The notes below the pieces were generated by a model, which saw only the letters and a program-made list of their open reading frames with translations, was not told the DNA's origin and searched no databases. DNA of 64,000 nucleotides from Octopus sinensis (Eukaryota): NCBI RefSeq assembly GCF_006345805.1, contig NC_043009.1, forward strand, positions 48,856,001-48,920,000, in the 5' to 3' direction. Both the position numbers and the translations under genes were made by a program. Below, piece after piece: positions 40,691 to 54,286 of this stretch; the first letter of the stretch is position 1; each line of letters starts with the position of its first letter.

Positions 40691-42782
40691 GATAGAGAGA
40701 TATTGCGTGCTTGAGAGGTGTTAGTAAAATTGAGAAATAGAGAAATAGAGAGGAATAAAAAAAAAATGAAGGAAGGATAAATAGAGAGCACGCGATATTC
40801 GCGTGTGATATAGGCGGATGGAGGCGGAAATCTCTCTGAGAAAATTCATTTTACGTCTGCAAGTAGCAAATTAGAGTTGAAAGGGTTAAATCGACAAGTA
40901 TTTTTGAAGGCTGTAGACACGTTTATTCCTGCAACTGTTCGTAAATCAACGAAGCGTTTCTTTATATTAATGCATGTATAAGCCAACACAGCAAGCACCG
41001 ATGCAAGTAAGGTAGAAAAAGTTATTACTTCCCCAGTGTCCACTTCACAGCTTTGGTTTTTATACCGGAGAGATTGTTTTTCTGAAGTCTATTTTCATCT
41101 AGTTTATTTGCCTCCTAAATCAGTCGCTTCTCTTCTTCTGTGCTTCTAAAGTCCCGTCAGTAATGTCAAGTATATTGGTTGATCAAAACCCATGTGCAAA
41201 GCATACATTCGTTACATCAGCTGCAACCATCTCATTGGCTTATTAAACACAGTGAATAGAAAGCTTTGTCATGGAGCAAATGTGCTGATGAATGAATGAA
41301 TGAAGCAAACCACACGGAGAGAAAAGATATTCTTCGGGGCTGGAAGGGTAGAGCGATTTCCTCAATAAACTTCATTCAAACTTCGAGATGCCCTTTATGT
41401 CACTGATGTGAATTGCAACTATGCTTTTGTGGTTGAAAGCTTTTTCTATTCCGTACGGAGTAATTATAAACTTCCAGAGAAGGAAACAAGACAAAAAATA
41501 ACATAGATACAATCATTTCGTATATATATATATATATATATAAAGAGAGAGAGAGAGATGCATACATCTATATATATACACACACACCACTCACTCACTC
41601 ACACATATATAATCATGATAAAGCAGAGATAGTTAAGACTGCATTTTATTAACAGTATAGTTCAAACAGCTTCTTAATAAACATGACTGATGTTAGGGTT
41701 TAGTTTAAATAAAGCTAGCATAAAAGACAGCATTGAGTGAGTAGCTCACAGGTAGATCCTCAATCCGAAGATTAAAAGGGTGGCGTTTCACACGTATGGC
41801 TTTCTCGATTAAGTATATTCATCTCTGAATGATGATGCCCATACATGTAGGCAACATGTAAATATGATACCCATTTCATTATACCGCTTGTTTCTTTGTA
41901 ATTTTACGGGCTGGATGCCAGAATGGATAGAAAAGAGGGAGTTGTGAGTTATGAGCTCAAATTCTGCTGTATCTCATCAGGGATTTGAGACTCTAACAGG
42001 GCATTGCCCCCAAATCATACCATGTTGTTTCAAAAAATATTGAGATATGCTGACCCAAATTGCCTATGTGTGAAAATACAAGAGGCTGCCACAACTGAAA
42101 TTTCATTGGACTATAAGGTTTACTAGATATGTTGAACAATATAGTATATGCTATTCCAAAGGACGGGGTGTTCATGACTGAATCATGTCTGATGCATCCG
42201 TTTTAATACATTTGTTCCACTTTGGACATAACTCACACTTAGGACAACTACAATGGTAACAACTTCAATCACACTAAGGGATAGTAATAACTGAAATATG
42301 CCAAGTCATACATGAAATATGTTGTATGACTTCACTGTTCTGAGTAGCATGAAATATAATTAAGGGTGTATGGAGTAATGAGGACGACAAAACGGAAATG
42401 GCTGAAGCAATTAAAAGAACGGTCAGTGGTTTGTATCCTTCCCATTGCATTCAGATGAATAAAATGCAACAAGAATCGCTCACCAATGGAGATTCTCTGT
42501 AATCTAATCGAGAATCACTCAGTGATAAACCTTATCAATGTTAGGCAAAATATACGTTGTTAAAAATGTTAAGGTGGTTTGTTAGTCTGGAGATCAAGTT
42601 CGCCACGGAAAATCTTACGTGTGATGAGTTAGCGTTCAGGATAGATTTGACTTAAATCTCATCTGTTTAATGGAACGGAATCTGAAGAAATCTGCACCGA
42701 TGATTATACAAGGAAATCTTGGTAATCTTCTCTTGCGGTTGGATATAGTGTTTAATGTCTGCTAAGTGAAGGTTAATAATAG

Positions 42783-42965
42783 TTGAAATTTATAGAAAAA
42801 CAAAAGACGAAGAGAGGTGTATGAACAATAAGCAAGTGTATTAGTTTGACGCTCGGGAAAATTAAAAAGTCTTTTATGTTTTGAGCCTACGCTCTTCAAC
42901 AGAAAGGGATAAGAGGAAATAAACAGAGAGAGAATGAAAAAAAACTTGTAGATTTCAGCAGTCCA
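42783..42965 (-). mobile_element. Short PLE-terminal-like repeat (copy 2) with a mutated hammerhead
   Basis: Minus strand CTTT-CTGTTGA-a-GAGC(gtag)GCTC-AAAAA-CA-TA-AAAG at 42869-42907; core changes include G-to-A at former CpG sites. Confidence 0.7.
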
Positions 42966-43405
42966 GCATAGTGGGGTAGGACAGATGGTGGAGGAGGGTC
43001 ACTGTTCCTTACAATAATAATGTAACCCTTTTTTTTTTTACATCATCATCTGGCTTTAAATGATAAACAGCATTCGGAATATTTGTTCAAAATTCTCAGG
43101 TGTAGTCCCTTTGCTTGAAAACAACATGAAAGAACCCGGTATCAGCCGAAGCTCAGCAAATGAGAGGTATATTATTGTTTTGAAAAGGGAAATGCTAAAA
43201 TTAAAATAAACATGGAGTCACTCATACATGCACGCACTGACACATACATGCACTCACACAGACACACGCACGCTACTAAATCCACTTGAAAAGCTTTTGT
43301 CGTTTCGGTGCTATAGTGGGATACACGTGCCCCAAGTACCACACAGTGAAACTGAACTCAAAACCGAACCACGTTTTGGAAGCAATCGTCCCTAAACGTT
43401 TTATA

Positions 43406-43788
43406 TCTCTCTATATATAAACGGCAGTTTGTCTGTGCGTGTTTCTGTGTGTCTGTTTGCTCGTACCCTCACTCTGACCACGGCTTTCAACCGATTCTGA
43501 TGAAACTTGACACACACATAGCCCAATGTCATAATTCAAAACTAACGCAGCGAAAATTTTGAAAAGTTCCCCCAGTTCTGAAAAAAATCGATAAATTCGA
43601 CATGGGGTCGAGAATCAGAAACACAAACCGCAAACTGTCTAGGGAACGCAACTCCACCTTTTTTAACTAAAAAAAAAATTTACCATAATTTTTTTCCATT
43701 TTTTTGCTATTTTTTGTCTATAACTCTCTAAAAATGCTTTATATTTATTTCCCTTACAAACCTGAGCAACGCCGGGCGATACTGCTAG
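43406..43788 (+). mobile_element. Non-autonomous Helitron
   Basis: A|TC 5' end (tctctctatatataaa), subterminal GC-rich hairpin cctgagcaacgccggg (43761-43776), 3' CTAG|T, no TSD. Confidence 0.8.
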
Positions 43789-44289
43789 TAACTACTAAAA
43801 ATGCATTTCATCCATCCTAAACAATATTAACATCTTAGCATGAAATTACAAACATTGCAATAGTCAAGATAATTAAGGATTCATCAAAATAGTTCACATG
43901 GCTAAGATTATTTAAGCATACAAAACTGCTTCTTAAAATAATACGGAGGTCGTCACCTTCGAGAATGTACAGGAAAATCTCTATTGATTGCAACCGTAGC
44001 GAAATAATATATGTAAATCTCTTTCAGAAACTAGAATCGAATAAATCCAAACAGTTGGGGTGGGGGTGGGTGGGGGGGCGGTGAAGCACTTGGTTACACA
44101 TACATAGTTACGTCAAGAGAATAAATCTCGGGAAACATTGAATATTAATCCTTAATCTTTACCTCAGGAAAGAAGAGAGTAATAGACTGAAAAGACTAAA
44201 AGCAAAGGGGAATAAAAAACAAAAAATATATAAAAACAAAAAAGTAAAAGAATTGGTAAGAAGATTGAATAAACAAGATTTTCTAAGCA

Positions 44290-44348
<59 letters not shown>

Positions 44349-45070
44349 TGATGATAATAATAATAATAATAATATAGAATTATGTTACGTAAATAAATTA
44401 GTTACATTTTCAATTTAACCTATATGAAATTGGTTCTGATTCGGTTGAAATCTATGTAAGCAACATATTTTCGTAAGTACTAAGTAGCAATTGGTAGTAG
44501 AAGTAGTAGGTGAAACATGCGGGGGATGGGGGGAGGAGCAGGAAGGTGGGGGGAAAAGGCAGGAAGGGGGAGCACAAGATGATGATGATGAAGATGGTTG
44601 ATGTTGTTGATGATTATGATGATGATAAGGAAGTACAAAAAAGGTGAAGGAAAAGGAGGAGATGAGAAGGGGAAAAGGGAGAGGAGAGGGAGAGGAAGAA
44701 AAATCACGCAGACAACGATGATGATGACGAAGCCGACAACATCGATGATGATGAAGATGATGATGATGACGACGATGACGACGATGACGATGATAACAAC
44801 GACGACGACGACGATGACAATGGTGATGATGTGATGACGTTGACGATAATGATAAGAATAGGTAAAACGCGGTGGAATGAAAGAGGAATAAAAAAAAAGA
44901 ATTATTGGACGAAGAAAAGACCTATTAAAGTGAAGATAATGAAAAATGAGGAAGATGTAGAGCAAAAAAAATACAAGAACAAAAGACAAAAAAAAACAAA
45001 AAAAAACAAAAAAACAAAGAAGAAGAAGAGGTAAGTGTGGGAGGCAGAAGGAAGTGGAACGAAGTAGAAG
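44290..45070. repeat. (AAT)n plus a purine-rich GAT/GAC/GAA patchwork
   Basis: Directly visible triplet runs. Confidence 0.9.
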
Positions 45071-45230
45071 AAGTAAAGGAAAGAAATAAGTGTGACGTAA
45101 ACACCTATTTGTTGCACAAATTGTATCTAAGACACACATGCCAACTAAGCTTATCTCCACTGGAGGTAAATGAGCATATCATGCATATATGCACACATAT
45201 ATATATATATATATACATGCATACATATGT

Positions 45231-45642
45231 AGAAGCGCAAGCCTGGCTGTGTGGTTATCAAGCTTACTTCCCAACCACGTCGTCTTCGGTTCAGCACTAT
45301 AGCTGTAGTCCGCCCAAAGACTTTTAAGTGGATTTAGTAAATGGAAACTGAAAGAAGCATGTCTTATATATATATATATATATATATATGCCTGAGAGAC
45401 TTACATGGTGTGGATGTGGGTTTCTTTAAAACTAAACTGGATCTCTTCTTGTCGGGAGTGCCAGATGAACCTACCTCACGACAGGAGACGCAGATGCGGG
45501 CAGCAGCGTCGAACTCCCTTGTTGATCAAGTGCCACGTATCAGAGGTGGATTCACATATTAATGTAGCTCATTCAGCGGCGGTGCCCCAGCATGGCCGCG
45601 GCCTCCGGGCTAAAACATTTTTAAGGATTTAAGGATTTAAGG

Positions 45643-45682
<40 letters not shown>

Positions 45683-45945
45683 GTGTGTGTGTGTGTGTAA
45701 GTGTGTGTGTGTGTGTGCTTGTTGTGTGTGGAGTGTGTTGGTGTGGGTGGCTTTTCTTTACTCTGCAGTTTGTTCCCCATCATTAATTGACAACCAGTGA
45801 TGGTATATTTACGTCCCCGTAACAGAGCAGGAAGGTCACCGAAAGAAACTGTAAAAATACGTGATGGCATCGATCTGTTTCTTTAACTTCTTCAGGATGG
45901 TGCCTCAGCATGGCCGCAGTCAAATGACTGAAACAAGTAATAGAT
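45231..45945 (+). mobile_element. SINE family A split by a LINE 3' insertion
   Basis: Head 45231-45363 and 3' half ~45770-45945, with the LINE fragment in the internal TA tract. Confidence 0.75.
45391..45644 (+). mobile_element. 5'-truncated LINE 3' end (CR1/L2-group-like; clade uncertain)
   Basis: FFKTKLDLFLSGVPDEP...RAAASNSLVDQV C-terminus, stop at 45560-45562, 3' UTR, then (tttaagga)x3 tail. Confidence 0.8.
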
Positions 45946-46315
45946 AAAGAATGTATTTAAAATCACATTTGGGCGTTGTTTCATAAATTAATTACGTCAT
46001 TCAATTACATAATTATAATAATTTATGAATAAATTTTGAATTTTGTTTTGTGTAGTTTTGTGTAGTTTTTTTTTTCTATATGAACTTCGCTCCCTTTTCT
46101 CTTTCTGGGAACTCATGAAAGGAAACTTCGATTGTAATACATAAGTTTTATTTTTGCCCTTTTTGTTTCTTTTACCATATGTAAGAATGCATTCTGAGTT
46201 CGAAATATTTGTATATCAAGCAATATATATTTGAATCTCACTGTGCAGTATTTGTGTGTGTGTGTGTGTGAGAGAGTGTGTCTGTTTGTGTGTGTGTGTG
46301 TGTGTGAGAGTGTGT

Positions 46316-46368
<53 letters not shown>

Positions 46369-46723
46369 TGTGTGTGACGAATAACTAATTCACTTGCAGA
46401 GTATGAAATAGTGACCAACTTTATGAACCGAGTATCAATCGAGTGATTCCATATCATCCAGCAAATGTATTTGATTCAACATTCGTACCGTTTGCCGAAC
46501 CGCAAAGTTACAGGGACGTAAAGAAATGTGCATGTGTGTGCGCGCGCGTGTATTTTTCCTTTAGTTACGCTCTGTGAATGACCAAAGGCGATTGGATGGT
46601 AAAAAGATATAATACATCAAAATGAAATAGTACATGACTTTTTGCCTTTTAATTTTCTCAAAAAGATAATAATTGTTTTTAAATGTTGCGCATTTTCCGC
46701 TATTTTTAAATTTATTTATATGC

Positions 46724-46888
46724 AGGAGTGGCTGTATGGTAAGTAGCTTGCTTACCAACCACATGGTTCCGGGATCAGTCCCACTGCGTGGAACCTTGGT
46801 CAAGTGTCTTCTACTATAGCCTCGAGCCAACCAAAGCCTTGTGAGTGAATTTGGTAGACGGAAACTGAAAGAGCCCGTCGTATATAGT

Positions 46889-46973
<85 letters not shown>

Positions 46974-47193
46974 GTGTGTATATGTTGTGTGTCTGAGTTT
47001 ATCCCGCCAACATCACTTGACAACCGAATCTGGTGTGCTTACGTCCCCGTAACTTAGCGGTTCGGCAAGAGAGAGCGATAGAATAAGTACTAAGCTTGCA
47101 AGGAATAAGTCCTGGAGTCGATTTGCTCGACTAAAGGCGGTGCTCCAGCATGGCCGCAGTCAAATGACTGAAACAAGTAAAAGACTAAAAGAG
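46724..47193 (+). mobile_element. SINE family A, full length
   Basis: Same head and tail as the 6670 copy. Confidence 0.92.
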
Positions 47194-47202
47194 TATATAA
47201 GA

Positions 47203-47370
47203 CGGGTTTTCACACATTTTCCGCCCACCAAATTTTTTCTCACAAGGCATTTGTCTTCCCCGGGGCTACAGTAGAACACACTTGCTCAAGGTGGCATTCA
47301 GTGGGACTGAATATAAAAAGCACGTGGTTGCAAAGAGCCCTTCTCAACGACAAATCCGTTCCTGCGCCTA
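47203..47370 (-). mobile_element. SINE family A head, diverged, inverted relative to the 46724 copy
   Basis: Reverse complement of aggcgcagga...gtcccactg...ccttgagcaagtg...ccttgtgag. Confidence 0.75.
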
Positions 47371-48352
47371 TCGAACTCAGCAAATTGAATGAACCACAAA
47401 TTACAAAACAGACGTGAGGAAGAAAATTGGTAAAATCGAAAGTGGATAAAAGGAGATTATAAGCTAAACACTGAGCTTTGGAAAAATAATGAAAACCCCG
47501 CAAGATGTGGCATGTTTTGTGGTATAAACATTAGATTCTCTTCTCTCATAGGTGAACGCATGTATCTGTTATGTCGTGTCAATTTAGCAAAAGCAGTGTG
47601 GTAGGTGGAATAGCATGACAGAAAGGTATATTAGTGTAATGGCTTACGATTGCATGTATCAGGTTATTCAAAATCATACAAAAGTTGTTTAAATGAAACT
47701 TTAATTAAATTTTAATTATTTGTGTAAATAAGATCGCTGTCGTATTGATCGATAATTCTATCTGACAATACATCTTGTTTACAGATAGATATACCTGTAG
47801 AATCTAAAGGTATATAGTGCTTTAGATAGCATATCACCACTCAACACATCCTGACCTGCATGCTCCGAAATGTCAAGAGTTATATGGCAAACGTCATGCT
47901 AGAATATAAACGTATCAGTGAATTGTGTGATAGATAGAAAGATAGAATTGTGTGATGGATAGACAGACGAATCGGCCGTCAGATATGCGTTTGTTGAGAC
48001 ATGTATGCATATATGTGTGTATGTATGCGTATAATTATGCATGTGTGTATGTATGTATATATGTATGTATGTATATATGTATGTATGTGTGTGTATGTAT
48101 GAATGTATGCATATAAATATGTATGTGTGTATGTATGAATGTATGTATGTATGTGTGTATGTATGTATATATGTATTTATGTATGTATTATGTATGTATA
48201 TATGTATGTATTATGTATGTATGTATATAAGTATGTATGTGTATGTATATATATATGTGCATTTATGTAAGTATGTATTATGCATGTATGTATTATGTAT
48301 GTATGTATGTATATATGTATGTATGTATTCATGTGTGTATGTATGTATATAT

Positions 48353-48401
<49 letters not shown>

Positions 48402-48808
48402 CATTTACGTATGTATGTATGTATGTATGTATGTATGTATGTATATGTATGCAAGTATTTATGGATGGATACATGGATGATGGCTGGATGGTTGGATGGA
48501 TGGTTGGATGCATGGATGGATGCATGGATGCAGGGATGGAGGAACGGATGGAGGAATGGTGTCTGCAAGTATGTATTCGCGCATATATGTACGCATGTGT
48601 GTGTTTGTTTGTTTGTGTGTGTGTCTGCAGTCCGTGACATGGCTGCCGGGTTAAAAATCTTGCTTTGCAGAAAGGTTTCGCGTTCAGGCCCGACGAATGT
48701 CTAGCGAGTGAAATTGGTTGCGGCGCAATGCTTTATACAACGCAACCCTAATTTGTTAAAGTGAATATGATTTAATGGAAATATTTCTAATATTTCTATC
48801 AGGTTTAA

Positions 48809-49003
48809 GGCGGCGGGCTAGCAGAAACGTTAGCACGCCGGGCGAAATGCTTAGTGGTATTGCGTCTGTCTTTACGTTCTAAGTTCAAATTCCGCCGAGG
48901 TCGACTTTGCCTGTCATCCTTTCGGGGTCGTTAAATTAAGTACCAGCTGTGTACTGGGGTCGATCTAATCGACTGGCCCCGTTCCCCAAAATTTCGGGCC
49001 TGT
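48809..49003 (+). mobile_element. SINE family B
   Basis: ggcggcgggctagcagaaacgttagcacgccgggcgaaatgc...ttccgccgaggtcgac. Confidence 0.88.
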
Positions 49004-50615
49004 CAGGTTAGGCAACCAGACAGAGGCAGATTCGTTGACTCATCAATCACTGCTGAGATTTTTACTCTTTTGTTGACAAGTTAATCTTTTAATGGCGGGT
49101 TGCTCCTTTGTTCACTCGGTTAAACGCCATTTCTTTTCCGTCTTATCTCATGTTTGAAAATACGCAGTTTTCGCTCTTTACACCAGAATAATCATCCATA
49201 GCGCTTGTTTTATTTATTTGTTCCCAGTGGCACAAAGTAAAAAAGTCAACAGGGGATCTTCTTGCTTAGAACGTTAAGACTACCCCCGGTAGCTTTTAAA
49301 TAGTTATTGAACCTTATAGTTACTTGAAACAGCTAATATTTCTATATTCCACAATAAATATTTTTGTTTACATGTCTTAATTATGTTAATTATAATTAAC
49401 ATCGTTATTGCTCTATTAGAGCAGGGGTTCTTAACATTTTAAAACTCACAATCTGTTTCAGCAAATTCATAATCTTCCATGCCTCCATAAAAAAGAAAAT
49501 TAATCAAAACTTTTTGGGAAAGTAACGATTATCGCTACTTAATCATGGCTGTTCCGTAGGAACCGACGTTATTCGTTTTTTTAACCTTAGGAAGCCGCCT
49601 CCTCTAGCCGGTAATGCGATGCAAACTGCACCCGACATATATTGCAAGCAGGGGAGTGAACACCTACCATCTTCCAGCCAAAAGACCATCAGACTGTACG
49701 GTTTCGAGCTTTTTGAGCTCACCCTCGGTGGTGGGTACTCGTCCGCCAGAGATAGCAGTACTTGACTACAGATCGCAATATACAGAAAATAAGTGACACC
49801 CAGTCATTGATCTTGCAACAAGCAATTTAGTTAGTTAGAATATTTTTATAAGAGACGAAAGCAGTAATCATACTGAGAAGTAATGGTTATCGTCACTTAA
49901 AAATGGCTGTTCCAGAGGAATCGTCGTTACTACCATTTTAACCCCCACAAAAAGCTTCTTATAGGGTGTCTGGCAAAAACAAAAAAAATAAACATCATTC
50001 TCGATTAACTTTTCCACAACAAACTCTCGGTGTCCACCGATTCAAACCACAATGGTAACTAAAATGAGAGCATGAAACATTAGCTTCATGAAGGCCACGT
50101 TACCATCTGCTAACTTTACTCGCGCCACACCAATCACAGCGTAAAATATGAGACATTGTTTTTACTTTTGCTGCACCCAGTATAACCGTAAGGCCTTACA
50201 TTCGAAATATATAATCAATTATATCGATCACAGTTCTTTTATTGAACTGCACTTCACCACCATTTGGAAATTTTTGAGTTAAATTTTGGGTGAACAATGG
50301 TCATTGAGCGCCTTGTTTAAGGAAATTATGAATAACATGAACAAATTATTTTACTGTGTTGTCTTATGTGTACTCAATTCAACCAAGCTTTCCTGCAACC
50401 TATTCCAAAATTTGTTTCTGTTTGTTTTTTATGTTGTTTTTGCATAGCTCTTGTGTTGTTCTTGTGGACTCAGATCCAGCAGACCTGTAATCAAACTTAA
50501 AACCAGAACCTAAGACATTTCTGTCTTTTAAATTTTTCTATAAATTTGGGACTACTGTTGTTAATGCTTTTCCAATTTGAATTTCATTTAAGGTTAATAT
50601 TATTCTTGGAAAGAA

Positions 50616-51460
50616 GGCGGCGAGCTGGCAGGATTGTTAGGCCACCTGGGAAAATGCTGAGCATTTCATTTGCCTTTAGGTTCTGAGTTCGAATTCTACC
50701 GAGGTAGACTTTACCTTTCATGATTTCGGGTTTGATAAAATAAGTCCCAGTTGAACACTGGGATCGAGGTAATCGAGTTAACTACTTCATCGAAGATGCC
50801 ATCCTTGTGCCAAACTTTGAAACCCATATCCTTTTCTACTCTAGGCACAAGGCCTGAAATTTTTGGGGAGGAGGCCAGTCGATTACATCGACCCAAGTAC
50901 ACAAATGGTACTTAATTTATCGGCGAGGTGGTGAGTTGGGAGAAATGTTAGCACGCGAAATGCTTATCGGTATTTCGTCTGCCGCTACGTTGTGAGTTCA
51001 AATTCCGCCGAGGTCGACTTTGCCTTTCATCCTTTCGGGGTCGATTAAGTAAGTACCAGTTACGCACTGGGGTCGATATAATCGACTTAATCCGTTTGTG
51101 CGTCCTTGTTTGTCCTCTCTGTGTTTGGCCCCTTGTGGGTAGTAAAGAAATAGGTACTTAATTTATCGGCGGAATTTGAACTTAGAACGTAAAGACAGAC
51201 GCTAAGCATTTCGGCCGGTGTGCTTACGTTTCTTATTTCTTTATTGCCCACAAGGGGCTAACATAGAGGGGACAAACAAGGAGAGACAAAGGGGTTAAGT
51301 CGATTACATCGACCCAGTACACAACTGGTACTTAATTTATCGACCTCCGAAAGGATGAAAGGCAAAGTAGACCTGGGAGGAATTCAAACGCAGAACGCGA
51401 AGACAGACGAAATATCGCTAAGCATTTCGCCCGGCGTGTTAAAGTTTCTGCCAGCTCACC
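50616..51460. mobile_element. Cluster of SINE family B copies in both orientations
   Basis: + copies ~50616-50826 and 50925-51152; - copy 51232-51460; minus-strand fragments in between. Confidence 0.88.
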
Positions 51461-52033
51461 ACCTTTTGAAACCAATTTTATTCTTGGAAAGTTTTTGCGA
51501 TATCTACCAGGTCGATCCAGTGATTCTCATTTCTAGCAGGGCGATCCAGAACTGCTCTGCTCAAAGGTTCTACCTCGGCTACCAAGATAAAATACAAATT
51601 AAAAAAAAAACAAAACAAAAAAAACAGAATAGGCTAAACTAAAGTAAAATAAAACGGAATATATAAATCTCCTGGAAACACAAAAAGTAAAGTCAATACG
51701 TTAGAAACGATTAAAAGCTACGTTTATTGTTCTGATAGATTAATTAATAAGAGTTACTCACGCCCAACATTCCATAAATACATGATGAACTTTTCCAAGA
51801 GTAAAAAGCAAATGCAAACAGTTCCGGAGGTCGACACGCAAATTCCCTGAAGAAATATCCAGAGAGTAGGAAAGGGTAAAAAATAACAACAACAAAAGAA
51901 AAACAAAAAAAACAAAAAAAACAAACAAATCAAATACCAGACTAGTTAGAGATAAGCAAATTGAAACAAAATACTATATAAACATATGTAAATTATGCTT
52001 TTTTTCTATGATTTCTTCAGCCCCTTTTGTTAC

Positions 52034-52099
<66 letters not shown>

Positions 52100-52304
52100 C
52101 ATATATATATATGCATATATATATATGCATATATATAAGTATATATATGTATATATATATATGTATATATATATGTATGTATATATATATATCCATATAT
52201 ATAAATATATGTGTATATATATATTATATATATTTATATTTATATATAATCCCACACATATTATGTACTTATCCTTTAATTTTGTGTATATATCTCACCT
52301 CTCT

Positions 52305-52350
<46 letters not shown>

Positions 52351-52479
52351 TCGCAAATGTTATTTGATAATACAAAAAGCTGAATTATCAATAAGTAAAT
52401 AATCACACAACCTACTGTACATCCATACATCCACCCATCCATCCATCCATCCATAAATATATGCATGCATATATGCATA

Positions 52480-52522
<43 letters not shown>

Positions 52523-52566
52523 TATATGCATATATATACATATATATATATATGAACATATGTATG

Positions 52567-52597
<31 letters not shown>

Positions 52598-52823
52598 ATA
52601 TATATATATGTATATATATATGTATGCATATATATATGCATATATGTATGTGTGTGCATATATGTGTTGTGTATATGTATGCGTGTGTCCATGTGACTCA
52701 GAAAGTATGTTTCCCTCAGTGTGCGTGTATGTTTGACTTTTCATTGCCAAACATTCATGGACTGGTTCTTCGTTTTCTCTCCCGCCTCCTTTCCTCCGCT
52801 CTTTTACTATTCTTCCTCTCTTT

Positions 52824-52875
<52 letters not shown>

Positions 52876-53369
52876 GGCATTTCTTCTTTTTCTTTATTCC
52901 TCTATTTATTGATGATGAGGCGGATTCACTGAACCTATTTCGAACCCTTAATATCTTTTCATGACACGCATGGTAGCAAAGGCAGTTTCAATACTCCAAA
53001 GCATAATTTTGTTGTCACAACGCTTCACTAACACTCAAATGGGTTACAGATGCTTGCCTTCATCATTCCCCAGAGATGCGCACGTTTTCTAGCATTCGCC
53101 CACATCTTGTCTGTCAGTGCATCGATATACGAATGCGCGCAAGAGGTCGTTTGTGGCGTAAGTGCTTGAATATCGTGACTATGTCAATGGGAAGAGTGTG
53201 TATATGTGTGATTGTGTGTGGGTGATTGTTGCTATGTACAATTATAATGTTAGCGATTGTTGTTTGTGTGAGAGCATGTGTGTGCGCATGTGCGTATAGC
53301 CGCGTGTGGAAGAAATTGGATGAGAGCGGCTGCGAATGGGAATACGACTCTGTATGCATTTAAGTATGC

Positions 53370-53408
53370 ATTTATATATATATATAATATATATAATTAT
53401 ATATATAC

Positions 53409-53487
<79 letters not shown>

Positions 53488-53627
53488 TATATATATAAAT
53501 ATAAATATATATATATATAAATATAAATATAAATATATATATATATCTATATAAATATTATATATATATAATAAATATAAATTATATATATATATATATA
53601 TATAAATATAAATCTATATATATATAT

Positions 53628-53660
<33 letters not shown>

Positions 53661-53712
53661 TAAATATAAATATATATGAAATATAATATATATATATATA
53701 TCTATAAATTAA

Positions 53713-53757
<45 letters not shown>

Positions 53758-53821
53758 ATATAATATATAATAATATATATATATATATATGTATATATGT
53801 GTATATATATATATATATATA

Positions 53822-53864
<43 letters not shown>

Positions 53865-53880
53865 TATATACATATATATA
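53370..53880. repeat. ~500-bp almost pure A/T (TA)n-derived tract
   Basis: Directly visible. Confidence 0.95.
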
Positions 53881-54249
53881 GCGAAATATACAAGTAGGCG
53901 TGTATGCGTGTGCACGTCCCGTCTGTATGTGTGCGCGTTTGGACCTCTGTTCTTGTGTGTGTATGTGTTTATGTTTGTGTGTGCGTTCAGGTCAAGAAGA
54001 AAGTGTGTTCCTACGAGAGCATATGAGAGTCCGCGCATATAACAAACAAACAAACAAACAAACAAACAAACATGTGTATCCATGGGTATGTGTATGTCTA
54101 AGAGCATTTGCCAGTGCATTGGTGTGTGCGAAATCGCAAGCACTTATATATATGTGTGTGTCTGTATGTGTGTGTATACGTATATATACATATATGTATA
54201 TATTTATACCATATATACATATACTTACATATATATATACAGACATATA

Positions 54250-54286
<37 letters not shown>

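Noticed and set aside
40846-41043. Possible pogo/Tigger-like transposase tail (STAFKNTCRFNPFNSN)
   Set aside because: Only a vague resemblance over ~15 residues, with no DDE motif or TIR found.
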